A DNA stretch of 64,000 nucleotides from an uncultured archaeon (GTDB taxonomy: Archaea; Asgardarchaeota; Lokiarchaeia; Sigyniarchaeales; SOKP01). Positions within the stretch are counted from its first letter, which is position 1. Each line of letters starts with the position of its first letter. The translations under genes were made by a program, and so were the position numbers. The DNA lies in contig CAYPFJ010000013.1 of assembly GCA_964409945.1 (NCBI GenBank), forward strand, positions 1,996 to 65,995, written 5' to 3'. The notes under the pieces were generated by a model. It had not been told where the DNA came from. It saw only the letters and a program-made list of their open reading frames with translations, and ran no database searches. Positions 19,352 to 30,017 of the stretch are shown one piece after another.

Positions 19352-19888
19352 TTATTCCCAGCTTTTTTTTAATTCTTCACGCGTAAGCTTTCCTACTTGA
19401 TCTACAGCCCATACTACATAATGATAACAAATTTTTGTCCAAGTTTCACTATTTCGATATTCTGTCATACCTTCAGGTTCACTGAAATCATAACCACAGA
19501 GTTCAGGGCATACTACAGAGCCAAATTCTTTTTCAAATTCACTAGCAAATTTTGCTGCTTTTAAATATGCCGTCAACATAGTTCCATTATCCATTCTTTC
19601 ATGACCACCCAATATTACTCCTATTGCTGAACAACCTCCACAAACAGCCCCACATGCTCCCTGCCATCCGTTTTTTGATTTATAACCCCCAAAACTTCCA
19701 GCTAAAGGAATTGCCAAATTATGGAAGGTGTAATTGTCGAGGTCTAGAATATCTAACACGCTTGTTAATGTCAATTCAGCACAATTAACTCCTTCTTTAA
19801 GATTAGGTAATAAAACATTTAGCTCCTTAATTTTTTCATTAAATCTTTTATCAATATTTTCTTTCATGATAATAACTTGTTTTAACAC
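19352..19888 (-). CDS. C_GCAxxG_C_C family redox-active protein
   Basis: The signature GACGAVCGGCSAIG plus additional conserved Cys residues (VNCAE, CPELCG). Confidence 0.75.
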   Translation of the reverse strand: MLKQVIIMKENIDKRFNEKIKELNVLLPNLKEGVNCAELTLTSVLDILDLDNYTFHNLAIPLAGSFGGYKSKNGWQGACGAVCGGCSAIGVILGGHERMDNGTMLTAYLKAAKFASEFEKEFGSVVCPELCGYDFSEPEGMTEYRNSETWTKICYHYVVWAVDQVGKLTREELKKSWE

Positions 19889-20002
19889 GTTCTTTTTAAC
19901 AGTAAATATATATTGTTTAAAGTTAAATATGAAAACAACTATTAAATTCTTAACAAAAATATTAAGTATTTAAATTATAAATAATAATTATCTAACCCTA
20001 AA

Positions 20003-20449
20003 TTGAAGGAACTTTACGAAATTGGTTTTGTATTCCGGGGATTTGTACTTGTAAATCAAATTTTTAAAGAATTACCTGTTCAAAAAGAAAGCGGAGTGGA
20101 TAAAGATCTGAGAGGGGCATTTATTTCTGCAATTAATGCTTTCGTGGATATTGCATTTAATAAAAGTTCTTTAGAATATTTAGAATCAGGGAATACCCTA
20201 TTTATCTTTAAAATATCTGAAATCCAATCAGAAGATAATCATGATAAAGAACCAATTATATTATATGGGCTAGTTGATAAGAGTAAAAAGAAATCTGATA
20301 AACTTGTTAGGAAGTTTTTCGAAAAAGTTGATCCCGTGATTCAATTGTTTATTCAACAATATAATGGAGTGGATTTCACACAATTAAATCAATTTGAGTA
20401 TTTTAATGACACACTACTAAATTTTTTTATAAAAAAAACTCAAGAATAA
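20003..20449 (+). CDS. Hypothetical small alpha/beta protein, possibly a longin/roadblock-like fold (TTG start)
   Basis: The pattern beta strand (IGFVFRGFVLV), helix (DLRGAFISAINAFVDIAF), strands (LEYLESGNTLFIFKI, PIILYGLV), helix resembles the N-terminal domain of the GTPase at 26576. This is fold inference only. Confidence 0.4.
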   Translation: MKELYEIGFVFRGFVLVNQIFKELPVQKESGVDKDLRGAFISAINAFVDIAFNKSSLEYLESGNTLFIFKISEIQSEDNHDKEPIILYGLVDKSKKKSDKLVRKFFEKVDPVIQLFIQQYNGVDFTQLNQFEYFNDTLLNFFIKKTQE

Positions 20450-22120
20450 TTATTTAGCTAAACACCAACCCTTCGGTTTAGCCCGAGAGTATTGAATTTT
20501 ACCTTGATCCTTTAGTAATGTAATTTCTTTTTCAATTTGAGTGTTAGAGAATCCTTTTTTTTGGATATCATTAACAAATTGAGCTTTTGTTTCAACAGCT
20601 TTTTGTTCCTTTAGATAAGCTAAAATTGTATCTTCTAATGACCCCGCAACACTCACTATTTCTTTAGGAACAGGTTTTGTCGCTTCGGGTTCAAGAGCAG
20701 CTCGTAATTTTTCCTTTATAGGTTCTACTGGTTTTTCAATAACTAATGGTTGGACTTTAGGTTTTGGTCGTTCCTTAACTACAATTTCTGCTTTAATTTC
20801 TTCAGGAATTTCTTTCTCTATTTCTTTTTCAGGTCGACTCCAAACGGGGAAAGTAATCTTTTCATACGTAACTGACTTTTGCGTTTTTAATAGTGTGAAT
20901 TCTTCTAATATTTCATCCTCTGAATATCCTAATTCTGATAATTCATTCATTAAATCTTTTAAATGCCCCTTTTCTTGCAAGCTGTTAAAAATATATTCTC
21001 TTATATTTGTTGGAACATCTTTTATTTGAGCTATTTGCTCAATTAAATCCTCTTTTCTACTTGTTTGTGTTTTGGGGATTTGAATGTTTTGAGGAATATC
21101 AAGTATTTCTTTTTGTCCCCATTCAAAATCAGTTACATTTCTGATTCTACGATCATAACCTCCAAATATAATATGCTTTAAATTTTGTTCTTTTCCTGAA
21201 ATAGAGCATACATTTTTTATCGATGACGCAACCTTAGTCTTCCATTTTAACTCAAAATCTTGAGAATTTAACGATTGATTATGAAAGACTTTTAAAGAAC
21301 CATCTGCACATCCAGCAACAATTTCCTTTGCATTATCACCGTCAATATCTTCAATTAATAATGAAACTGGACGTCCCTCATCAATTTCAATCTCTTTAAT
21401 AAGTTCACCTTTACAATTTAAAATCCTAATAAATGAATCATCAGTAGCTAATACGATCTCATTAAATCCATCATTAATAACATCTCCAACTTTGATATCA
21501 TTAATCTGAGTATTAAAATTGTTCTGCCAAGTAATATCTGGCATGTTTTCTTTAAATTGAATTAATTGAACCAACCCATTTTTAGTTCCAACTAATAATG
21601 CGTTAATAGGCTCATCGAGATCTGGTAATTTTAAATATCCTAATGTACAAGCTGTAACCCAAGAATCATAATAAAATGTATATTTTGGCTCTTTTGCTTT
21701 AATATCATCGAAAATTTTAAGTGTTTTATCTTCACTCCCAAAAATCATTTCAATATTCCCATCTTGAGTGAAGTCTCCCGCGATACAGCAATTTATCCTC
21801 TTGGAGGCTTTGTACCGCATCAATCCAGTCAGTTTGTTTTTTTCTATATTTAATTTCATAACCATAAAATTTCCATCGCCAGCTCCTACTAATATCTCAT
21901 CACATCCATCTCCATCTATATCAATTGGATAAGTGCAGCGACACCAGCCATCAAAAGCTCGTTCATCAAGTATATTATTTTCCTCATCCATTAGATAAAG
22001 AGTTTTATCATGTCCCCCAAATACAAGAAAATTTTCATCTTCACATTTCAAAATAGAACATGTTAATACGGCATCTGGACACTCAAACATCCAATTTAGC
22101 TGATAACGTTTTCTTAACAT
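20450..22120 (-). CDS. FG-GAP/integrin-alpha-like beta-propeller protein with a Pro/Glu/Lys linker and C-terminal winged-helix-like modules
   Basis: Repeated Ca-binding-type FG-GAP motifs: DIDGDGCDEILVGAGDG, AGDFTQDGNIEMIFGSEDK, VGDVINDGFNEIVLATDD and IEDIDGDNAKEIVAGCADG. Confidence 0.75.
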   Translation of the reverse strand: MLRKRYQLNWMFECPDAVLTCSILKCEDENFLVFGGHDKTLYLMDEENNILDERAFDGWCRCTYPIDIDGDGCDEILVGAGDGNFMVMKLNIEKNKLTGLMRYKASKRINCCIAGDFTQDGNIEMIFGSEDKTLKIFDDIKAKEPKYTFYYDSWVTACTLGYLKLPDLDEPINALLVGTKNGLVQLIQFKENMPDITWQNNFNTQINDIKVGDVINDGFNEIVLATDDSFIRILNCKGELIKEIEIDEGRPVSLLIEDIDGDNAKEIVAGCADGSLKVFHNQSLNSQDFELKWKTKVASSIKNVCSISGKEQNLKHIIFGGYDRRIRNVTDFEWGQKEILDIPQNIQIPKTQTSRKEDLIEQIAQIKDVPTNIREYIFNSLQEKGHLKDLMNELSELGYSEDEILEEFTLLKTQKSVTYEKITFPVWSRPEKEIEKEIPEEIKAEIVVKERPKPKVQPLVIEKPVEPIKEKLRAALEPEATKPVPKEIVSVAGSLEDTILAYLKEQKAVETKAQFVNDIQKKGFSNTQIEKEITLLKDQGKIQYSRAKPKGWCLAK

Positions 22121-22264
22121 AGGTTTTCAGAACTATGTATGATTATAGAAATTAATAGTAATTAAATTAAATTTCATTGTTTATTCATTTAATACTTATC
22201 TGTAAGATTATTAAACTATTATTGTAAAAAAAAAAATAAAAAAATAAAAAATATTAATTTTATA

Positions 22265-24460
22265 TTAAAACGCTAATTGGGCATCAGATGGGCTATATTT
22301 ACCTGTACCCGTTATTTCATATGTGATTTCTAATTTTTCGCCGACTTCTAAAGTTTCAATATCCCATTTTAAGGTATCTTCTCCTACTTCATCTGTTATT
22401 TCTGGTGTCATAGAATAAGTACCATATTCAAACGAATCAGGAACTTTATCTAAAAGCACTAAATGATGTAATGTAGACTCACCAATGTTTTCAAGCGTTA
22501 AAGTAATTCTGTAATGTCCAAGCTCTCCAATTGTGGCAATCTCTTTACCAACACGAAATTTCCTTCTGATGTGCATTGCTTCAATAACAGGAACTTCCGG
22601 TTTGAATTCTAACTCTTGACTTATTGGAAAAGTATTAGCGAGATATATGATTTCAGTTTCAAAAGTGGATTCACGTGCAGGATTTACACAATGAATAGGA
22701 TATTCAAATTCCATTGTTGATTCTGGTTTAAACATACCAGTGCTACTGTCTTTTAGATCTTTTAGACCAATCTTGAATTCTTTATCGTCAAAAGTTACAG
22801 CTGCAGCGGCTACTTCAACTTCTTCTCCATCCCATACTAACTTTATCTCATTAGCTTTTGGTGGTTGATATTTTTCTGAGAAAGCACGTTGTACAACAGT
22901 TATTTCATTTAGAGGAGCTGAACCATTATTAACTACTTTAAGTGTGGCGATAACATCTTTAGGACGATAAGTTGGAACTTCAGTTAAGTTATATGACATT
23001 ACTCCAGTGATACTTCCAATTTCTAATATAACATCTGAAAGAGAAACGGTTCCATTTACGATTGTTTGAAAATCCGGCATTACTCGAAATTCCAATTTCT
23101 TCCTAAACGTAGGATATTCCTCACTCTGAAATTCCCACTTTATTGAGTGCCATTGAGCGCCACTTGGTAATAAAGGTACATCATTTGGGTCAATATCAAT
23201 AAATTTTTTTGATTCATCCTCTGGGGAATACACATCCGCATTGAAGAGTTGTATGATAAACTCCGAAGAATTATCAAATACAAGCTTGCAATCAAAAATA
23301 CCTGGTTCTTCATCTCTTTCGACCGTATCGACATAGAACTTATTTCTAGTATAAGCATCAAATTTACCTATATTTAATCCTTCAGCAAAAGAAGATGCAC
23401 TTTGATAAGTAACCTCAATTGTTCCCGTTCGTCTTTTAATAATATCGGTAACCATAATGTTGCATGTGAATTTCAACATCACTGTATGTTCTGGAGCTAA
23501 TTTATCCATTGTCCAGACTATTTGCTTTCCTTCAATATTAGCTCTTCCATCAGTAGTATCTACAATCACTGGATTTTTAAAATCATCTGGAATATTTTTT
23601 ACGACTTTAATGTTGGATACAGGTTTATCAAACAAGCTTCTAAGAGCAATTGCGAAGTGAACAACATTTTCTCTATCAATCGAGATTCCAAAAGACTCTA
23701 ATCCTGTTTCAACTAGAGTTCCACCATCCCCCCATGTATCACCTACTTCATCGTCTTCCTTATCTTCTTCCTTATCTTCTTCCTCTTCTTCTTCCTCCTT
23801 TTTGGTTTCAGGTTCTTTTTTGGAGGGTTTAGAGGGTTTAGAGGGTTTAGAGGGAACTCCGCTTTTTTTATCCTTTAATTTTACTAACTCTTTCTCAATG
23901 TCGTTAATATTCAATACATCATCTGCATTAGGAAGTGTACAAATAAACTCTTTAATAAGCAATAAATTCTTTATATCCCTTGTTATTTGAAATTCTCTGG
24001 AGTTAATATTATCTGGTGTCTCTGTACCTAATTCTTGTATTGAAATATCCTTTGATTTCAAATCAGTGCTACCAATGTTTTCAAGTGAAACATCAATATC
24101 CCACAATCTATCAACATTACTAGGGTTTTCAATATTTAATTTTCCGTTGTGGGTAAATGAATTAATGTTAGCATCATGGTCTTGTTTTACGTCCACTTCT
24201 TCAATAATTTTAACTAATGCTAATAAACCTTCTCTATTTCTATTTTTTAATACAATGCTTCCTTCGAGTTTTCCGGTGTCTTCATCGTAAGTTTCAATTA
24301 CAGGAGTCGAAGTGTCTCGATCTATTAATTCAACACGACCAGTATCCATATCTTTTCTTTTCAATCCCTCAGATACGATTTCTTCTTCAGCTTCTTCTTT
24401 ATCCCAGCCCATTCGCGTTGTTGGTTTTGTTTCTTTCTTTTTCTTATCTTTTTTAGCCAT
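22265..24460 (-). CDS. Large (731 aa) hypothetical protein with an acidic low-complexity insert and repeated beta-sandwich-like (DUF11/CARDB-like) segments
   Basis: Contains KPSKPSKPSKKEPETKKEEEEEEEDKEEDKEDDE. Segments such as LKVVNNGSAPLNEITVV and ITLTLENIGESTLHHLVLLDKVPDSFEY resemble CARDB/DUF11 strands. Confidence 0.65.
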   Translation of the reverse strand: MAKKDKKKKETKPTTRMGWDKEEAEEEIVSEGLKRKDMDTGRVELIDRDTSTPVIETYDEDTGKLEGSIVLKNRNREGLLALVKIIEEVDVKQDHDANINSFTHNGKLNIENPSNVDRLWDIDVSLENIGSTDLKSKDISIQELGTETPDNINSREFQITRDIKNLLLIKEFICTLPNADDVLNINDIEKELVKLKDKKSGVPSKPSKPSKPSKKEPETKKEEEEEEEDKEEDKEDDEVGDTWGDGGTLVETGLESFGISIDRENVVHFAIALRSLFDKPVSNIKVVKNIPDDFKNPVIVDTTDGRANIEGKQIVWTMDKLAPEHTVMLKFTCNIMVTDIIKRRTGTIEVTYQSASSFAEGLNIGKFDAYTRNKFYVDTVERDEEPGIFDCKLVFDNSSEFIIQLFNADVYSPEDESKKFIDIDPNDVPLLPSGAQWHSIKWEFQSEEYPTFRKKLEFRVMPDFQTIVNGTVSLSDVILEIGSITGVMSYNLTEVPTYRPKDVIATLKVVNNGSAPLNEITVVQRAFSEKYQPPKANEIKLVWDGEEVEVAAAAVTFDDKEFKIGLKDLKDSSTGMFKPESTMEFEYPIHCVNPARESTFETEIIYLANTFPISQELEFKPEVPVIEAMHIRRKFRVGKEIATIGELGHYRITLTLENIGESTLHHLVLLDKVPDSFEYGTYSMTPEITDEVGEDTLKWDIETLEVGEKLEITYEITGTGKYSPSDAQLAF
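23824..23855 (-). repeat. 9-nt tandem repeat (agggtttag x3.5) encoding the (KPS)n tract
   Basis: Read directly from the sequence, inside the CDS. Confidence 0.9.
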
Positions 24461-24614
24461 TGTTTTTTACCAAGAATTTGTTTTTCTCAAATTGAAAACT
24501 ATTTACCAATTAATATAAATTAATCGATAAAATAATTTGATCGCCAAACTATAAAAAATTTATCAATATAAAGTATGAGAGTTGTGTGCAACAGAAATGC
24601 AGTTTTATCCAATA

Positions 24615-24776
24615 TTACCAAAATTTCTTATCATCTTCTTTTACAGGAAAGGGTAATATGTTAGGATTGCTAAATTCATGACCACACATTGGACATACAA
24701 TCTTGTCTTTTTTACTTTTTACGCTTAAATCTCTGAAGCTAAAACCACAAACGGGGCAAACAATTACTCCAACCAT
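24615..24776 (-). CDS. Small zinc-ribbon protein (53 aa), below the ORF-track size cutoff
   Basis: My translation is MVGVIVCPVCGFSFRDLSVKSKKDKIVCPMCGHEFSNPNILPFPVKEDDKKFW, with two CPxCG knuckles. It sits between two co-directional genes. Confidence 0.55.
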   Translation of the reverse strand: MVGVIVCPVCGFSFRDLSVKSKKDKIVCPMCGHEFSNPNILPFPVKEDDKKFW

Positions 24777-24809
24777 TTTATTTACTTTCATTTTTCTTTT
24801 TGTTTAAAG

Positions 24810-26240
24810 TTATCTTGAGATGAGAATTAATACCAGATCATTTACATTACATCCAGTTGGACCTGTAATAATCTCAGTCCCAATTTTTTTAAAAAAACTA
24901 TTAGAATCATTATTATCCAAATAGCTTTTAGTATCAATAACTCCTTCTTTAATATTCTTTACAACTATATTATCAACTAGAGCACCACATGCGTCGCTGT
25001 TTCCCTCAATTCCATCAAGATTAGCGCCAATAATCAAGAAATTATAATTAAATTTTCTATTTTTTACATTATTTAGGTAGCTTAGTAGCATCTCTTGATT
25101 TCTTCCACCAATACCCTTTCCAGCAATGGTAACTGTCAATTCACCAGTTCCAATTAACGCCAGTTTTTCAGTTTTAGTTTGAATTTTATATTCTTCTATA
25201 TGATGTGAAATAATATTATGAAGAGTTTTTCCAAATTCTCGAGCTTCACCCTTTAACCTATTAGAAAAATAGTTGGCCTCAAATCCTTTACTATTTAATA
25301 AAGATCTAATTTCTTTTACAGCAAAATCTACACTTCCAATTAAATAATTATGAACATTAGTAAAGCACAAATCATTGGGCTTTGGATTTTCGAACTTTTT
25401 ATCTGATAACCCTTTTTCTAAATATTCCTTGATTGAGTTAGGAATTTTATCTAAAAGTCCATATTTTTTAACAATTTCAAGACTATCCTTAAAAGTAGTT
25501 TTATCGGGTACCGTAGGTCCAGAAGCAATAGAATCTAAATCATCTCCGATTACATCCGAAATGATCAAAGAAATTAAGAGAGCTCTACTTGAATTATAAA
25601 TTTTTTTAGCAAGGTTTCCCCCTTTGAAATCTGATATGTGCTTTCGAATTGTATTAATTTCATGAATAGATGCCCCAGAATCTAAGAGTAAAGAATTGAT
25701 TTCTTGTAAATCTTTAAGATTTATACCATGTTTTGGTAATGGAAGCAATGCAGAGCCTCCTCCAGAAATTAAGCAGAAAATAAGATCATTTTTAGTGGAA
25801 TGTTCTATAATTTCCATCATGGATCTAATCCCTTTTACCCCATGCACATCTGGAATGGGATGAGATGCGTAATTAAAGACAATTTTACTTTTTTCAAACA
25901 ATCCTTTTTTTTCTGTATTTTTTGGTATGTTAATAATACCTTTATAATCAATATCTTTCAAGCTTATCATTAATCTTTCAAGCGACACTGCCATTTCAGC
26001 GGTTGCTTTTCCACCACCTATAATGTATATTTTTTTAAATTTTGATAAATCGTATTCATCATTTTGAATAAATATTTTGCTATTTTGGATTTTAATCGAT
26101 CTTTCCATCAGAATTTGTGGTTTTACAGCATAAATTGATTTTTCAAGTGCTTGAAGTCCAATTTCTCTTAAATTTAACAGATTCCTATCTAGATTATCTG
26201 AAAGTAGCTGAGAAATGTTTTTAATATACACTAAGAACAC
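24810..26240 (-). CDS. gck: Glycerate 2-kinase / hydroxypyruvate-reductase-like protein (DUF4147 + MOFRL domains)
   Basis: YIIGGGKATAEMAVSLE, LISGGGSALLPLP, SGPTVPD and GTGELTVTIAGKGIGGRNQE are typical of class II glycerate kinases. GTG start. Confidence 0.85.
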   Translation of the reverse strand: MFLVYIKNISQLLSDNLDRNLLNLREIGLQALEKSIYAVKPQILMERSIKIQNSKIFIQNDEYDLSKFKKIYIIGGGKATAEMAVSLERLMISLKDIDYKGIINIPKNTEKKGLFEKSKIVFNYASHPIPDVHGVKGIRSMMEIIEHSTKNDLIFCLISGGGSALLPLPKHGINLKDLQEINSLLLDSGASIHEINTIRKHISDFKGGNLAKKIYNSSRALLISLIISDVIGDDLDSIASGPTVPDKTTFKDSLEIVKKYGLLDKIPNSIKEYLEKGLSDKKFENPKPNDLCFTNVHNYLIGSVDFAVKEIRSLLNSKGFEANYFSNRLKGEAREFGKTLHNIISHHIEEYKIQTKTEKLALIGTGELTVTIAGKGIGGRNQEMLLSYLNNVKNRKFNYNFLIIGANLDGIEGNSDACGALVDNIVVKNIKEGVIDTKSYLDNNDSNSFFKKIGTEIITGPTGCNVNDLVLILISR

Positions 26241-26575
26241 TTCGTTATTCGGATATTTTTTGTATTATATAGAGGATTTATTAATTAAGCGAGGGAATTT
26301 CTAATAAATAATCTTTTCCAATTTAATAATTTATTTGTATAAAATGTATTATATTTGTAAAGTTATTCATAAAAAAAGTAGCCTACTTCAAGAATAGTAT
26401 TTGAACTTTTTTGAGTTATCTGCAGTTTTTTTATGTGTGCTTTTAGTTCGATGCCCTATTAAAAAATTCTTGCTTTTAATGAACTTTAAATAGATCTAGT
26501 TTTACTAAGTATTTGTTTTTGATATTAACCTTAAGTAATGTACTTAATATTGATGAGTAGAAATTAATATAAACC

Positions 26576-27931
26576 ATGCTGCGCCAAGTTTTTGTACTCC
26601 AAGGAAATGATATTATTTATAGAAGAGTTTATGGAAATGCGTTGAATAGTTCTGAGATTGAGGATATTAGTTTTAAGATTATAAGGGAGGCAAAAAGAAG
26701 TCTTGGTGAAACAATGGGATATTTTGATTTTATAAAATTTAGAGTATCGTATGATGTTGAACTTGAAAATAATTTAATTTTTCTTTTTATAACAGGATTA
26801 ATGGACGATTTTTATAGAGTAATCAAAACTCAGTTGATGAATTTTAAAAATCTATTCTTAAACCGCTTCAGTATTAAATTAAAGGATAATCAATCTCAGG
26901 ATTTAGATTTTAAAGGAATTAATGTAGCTCTTGATGAAATGCATAGAAATTTAAAACCTAAAATCGCAGTAGTAGGTTTTGCAGGTGTTGGTAAAACAAC
27001 TATCAAAAAACTAATAAAAATGGATGAGATTCCGCTTCAACATATTCCGACTATTACGGGGGAAATTGCTACTATTAAAATAGGGAAACTTTTTTTTCAT
27101 TTATTTGATTTTGCTGGATAGGAGCAATTTAAATTTCTTTGGAAAGGCTTTATAAAAGAAAGCGATGCAGTCCTTATTGTTACAGATTCTACACTAAAGA
27201 ATGTTGAGAAAAGCAAATTCTTTTTAGATTTAAAAGCTAAAGAAGTTCCTCATGCTCGGGCAGCTATTATTGGAAATAAGCAAGATTTACTTAATGCATT
27301 GAGTGTACAAGAGATTGAGACTCTCACGGGATTAAAAACTTATCCAATGGTAGCGAATAGAAAGGAAAATCGTAGTAAAATGATTCGAATTATCGCAGAT
27401 ATATTAGATATGAGTACGGAAGATTCTCCGTTATTGGCTGAATTATATAAGAGTACAGAAGTAAGTTATGAAACTTTATTCGGGTTAGAATTAGAATCAA
27501 CTCAAGAAGATTCCTTGATAGTAACAGAAGAACCAGTTCTTTTGAAAACTACTCATATTGAGAATAAAATCGATGTCAGCGATACTAGACGACGTATAGA
27601 TCAAATTCTTTCGGAAACTATTGTAGTAGAACCAACATTCTTTAAAGGAGCGAAAGTAATTGAAGAAAATCTAAAAATTCCTGTTGAGAATGCTTTAGTT
27701 TCTTCTGATTTATATACTGACTTTATGAAGACTAATTCATTTACATTGAATGAGAAATTAGGAATTTTATTTACTGCAATAAATTGTGTTTTTCTTACAG
27801 AAATCAAACCAAAAATATATCCACGATTCAGTTCTTTTTTAAGAAGTTACAAAATGGATGTATTTAACACTAAAGAAATAAATATTATTCGTAAATATTA
27901 TACAAAGATTTTGAAAAATTTGAAGAAATGA
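26576..27931 (+). CDS. Longin/roadblock-like domain + Ras-superfamily small GTPase + C-terminal extension, one reading frame interrupted by an in-frame TAG at 27119..27121
   Basis: G1 is VVGFAGVGKTT and G3 is DFAG-TAG-EQFKFLW. G4 is NKQD, 56 residues after G3, which is the Ras-like spacing. The track ORFs 26576..27121 and 27299..27931 are in the same frame with no other stop between them. Confidence 0.75.
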
Positions 27932-27965
27932 AATTTTGGATAACCTAAGAATTTAAATCTTCAAT

Positions 27966-30017
27966 TTAACGAGTGATATATTTTACTTTAAAAGAACTTA
28001 ATTTGCCATCCTTAACAATTATTTCTCTGTACCCTCCAGCTGTATCAGGATGCTTATAACTCCCTAATCCTAAAGCGGGGGTTTGCACTACAAAAGGTCC
28101 ATTCTCCCTTATACTTTTCTCATCGGTATATATGTCAGAATAATTATCATAATATATTGCTGCGGGGTTTTCAATTTTATTTAACCTAAATGGAGGCGCA
28201 TCATACACACTAGTTTTTTTCTCGGGGTTTTCTAATCTAAATTCCAATGAATCATGAGTATGACCAGCAAGAGTTAAAATACAATAATTTTTACAAAATT
28301 CAATAATTTTTTCCCAATTTGATGAAATTGTTCCATATTTCATATTAAATACTCCATCAATACGTGCTGCTGAAATGGGTTTTCCCAATTTTGTAATTAA
28401 CGATTCTTTAAACTCATTCATCTTTTGTGTAATAAATCGACTTCCTTTTTTTTCAAATATATTAATACTATACTTTTTACCTCCAGTGTTTAATGGAGGC
28501 CCATGTAAAAATAGAAAAGTGTTAGTATCATTTTTAATTACGTTGTTTATCAGATTCTCTAAATAATTTATTTGTTTGAATGAAATTCCAGTAACAGAAG
28601 GATGACCAGTTATTAAATCTCTTACATTTTTAAAAGAATCAGCCCCTGTATTCAATATAATAAACAAGTTATTTCCAAGCATGATAGAAAAGTCCAAAGA
28701 AGAATTAATTTCTGCTAAATACCCTTTTAAAGCTAGGGAGGTTTTTGTTAAAGCTGTAATAGGGGATGCAGAAAATAATTCATTCAATGCAATTGCTTCA
28801 GAGGCATTTAGCCCAATCTTCTTGTACATATCTGCCCATGTGAGATCATAATGAAAAGGTCGATAATCATGATTTCCTAAGGTCGTAAAAATTGGACAAT
28901 TTAATTCTTCACCTCTAATTACTCCTTTAAATTTCTCTTTAGGTGGTATATTCAAGACTGTATTTTTGAAAGTTAACCAATTACTATCCTCGTATTTAAA
29001 TTCGTTCAATTTACGAATTTTCTTAGATAAATTACTTAAAACTGTATAATCAACAATATCTCCCGTTATTACAATGAAATCTAATTCATTCTTAAGCACT
29101 TTCTTATTCATCAGTTTTATAAATCTTCTAAATTGATTATTTGGATTAATTATACGCTTTCTTAAGGGAATTTTCAATTCTGAGAGTATATTTTCCTCAT
29201 TCTTTACTCTCTTTTTAATTTTCAACTTTTTTTTTATAGTCTCAAAAAAATCTTCTACATTCTCTTTAATTGAGGATTCTGTCCATTTTTTAACAATTCC
29301 ATAAATTTTATCATTTCTTTCTGCTAAGTGTAGATCTGTAGCATGAATAAAGGTAAAATCTTCCCATTTTTGCTTGGAAACCACAAGAGAATGATAGTTT
29401 ATTTGGTGATTAGCGCTATGTATATCAAACATAACAAAATTTTGTTCCTTTAGAATTTTCAGGATTTCTTTATTTAAAGTAAATTCGATAGTCACCTTAT
29501 AAAATTTATTTAATTCGCCAAATACTTGATTTTTTACTAAAAATTCTTGTGGATTCAAATCATCTGTCTTAGAGATATTTTGAATTGGGATTATGGGAGA
29601 ATCTTCAACATTAACTACTTTGGGAAAAATAGGATCCCCTCTATGTAATCGTGATTTTAATTCTTTCAGTCGTTCTAAATTTAGATCTAATTTTTTTCCA
29701 GTTTTTAAAATGTCTTCAATAAATTTTTTGTTTTTTTTCCTAGCTCTTTTCTCTCTCCATTTTGAGAACAATCCTTTTGGTTTTTTCACGAAAATTAGTT
29801 TATAAGACCATTTATAATCATATAATGGAATTAAAGATATCTGACTTTGAATGGATTTAGTAAAAATCTCTAAATCATAATTTTCAGCAATAAACAGTAA
29901 ATGAGCTTGAAAATATTTATTTTTTAATTTATTATCAATTTTTAAAATTGATGGAAGTCCCAAGTTTGGACTTATTAAATTTGATTTTCCTATTTTTTCT
30001 AGCTCTGGCGCAGTCAA
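27966..30017 (-). CDS. Calcineurin-like metallophosphoesterase with a long N-terminal region
   Basis: FIHATDLHLAERND, ITGDIVDY, LGNHDYRP, FLHGPP and LAGHTHDS match the metallophosphoesterase motif series D-x-H, GD, GNH, H and GHxH. Confidence 0.85.
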   Translation of the reverse strand: MTAPELEKIGKSNLISPNLGLPSILKIDNKLKNKYFQAHLLFIAENYDLEIFTKSIQSQISLIPLYDYKWSYKLIFVKKPKGLFSKWREKRARKKNKKFIEDILKTGKKLDLNLERLKELKSRLHRGDPIFPKVVNVEDSPIIPIQNISKTDDLNPQEFLVKNQVFGELNKFYKVTIEFTLNKEILKILKEQNFVMFDIHSANHQINYHSLVVSKQKWEDFTFIHATDLHLAERNDKIYGIVKKWTESSIKENVEDFFETIKKKLKIKKRVKNEENILSELKIPLRKRIINPNNQFRRFIKLMNKKVLKNELDFIVITGDIVDYTVLSNLSKKIRKLNEFKYEDSNWLTFKNTVLNIPPKEKFKGVIRGEELNCPIFTTLGNHDYRPFHYDLTWADMYKKIGLNASEAIALNELFSASPITALTKTSLALKGYLAEINSSLDFSIMLGNNLFIILNTGADSFKNVRDLITGHPSVTGISFKQINYLENLINNVIKNDTNTFLFLHGPPLNTGGKKYSINIFEKKGSRFITQKMNEFKESLITKLGKPISAARIDGVFNMKYGTISSNWEKIIEFCKNYCILTLAGHTHDSLEFRLENPEKKTSVYDAPPFRLNKIENPAAIYYDNYSDIYTDEKSIRENGPFVVQTPALGLGSYKHPDTAGGYREIIVKDGKLSSFKVKYITR

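Noticed and set aside
19734-25599. Track ORFs 19734..19973(+), 23140..23361(-), 23457..24518(+, six ORFs) and 25375..25599(+)
   Set aside because: They overlap the C_GCAxxG_C_C gene, the 731-aa protein and glycerate kinase in alternative or antisense frames. No motifs are present, and they are repeat-driven (LPYLLPYLLPLLL is the antisense of the poly-Glu tract).
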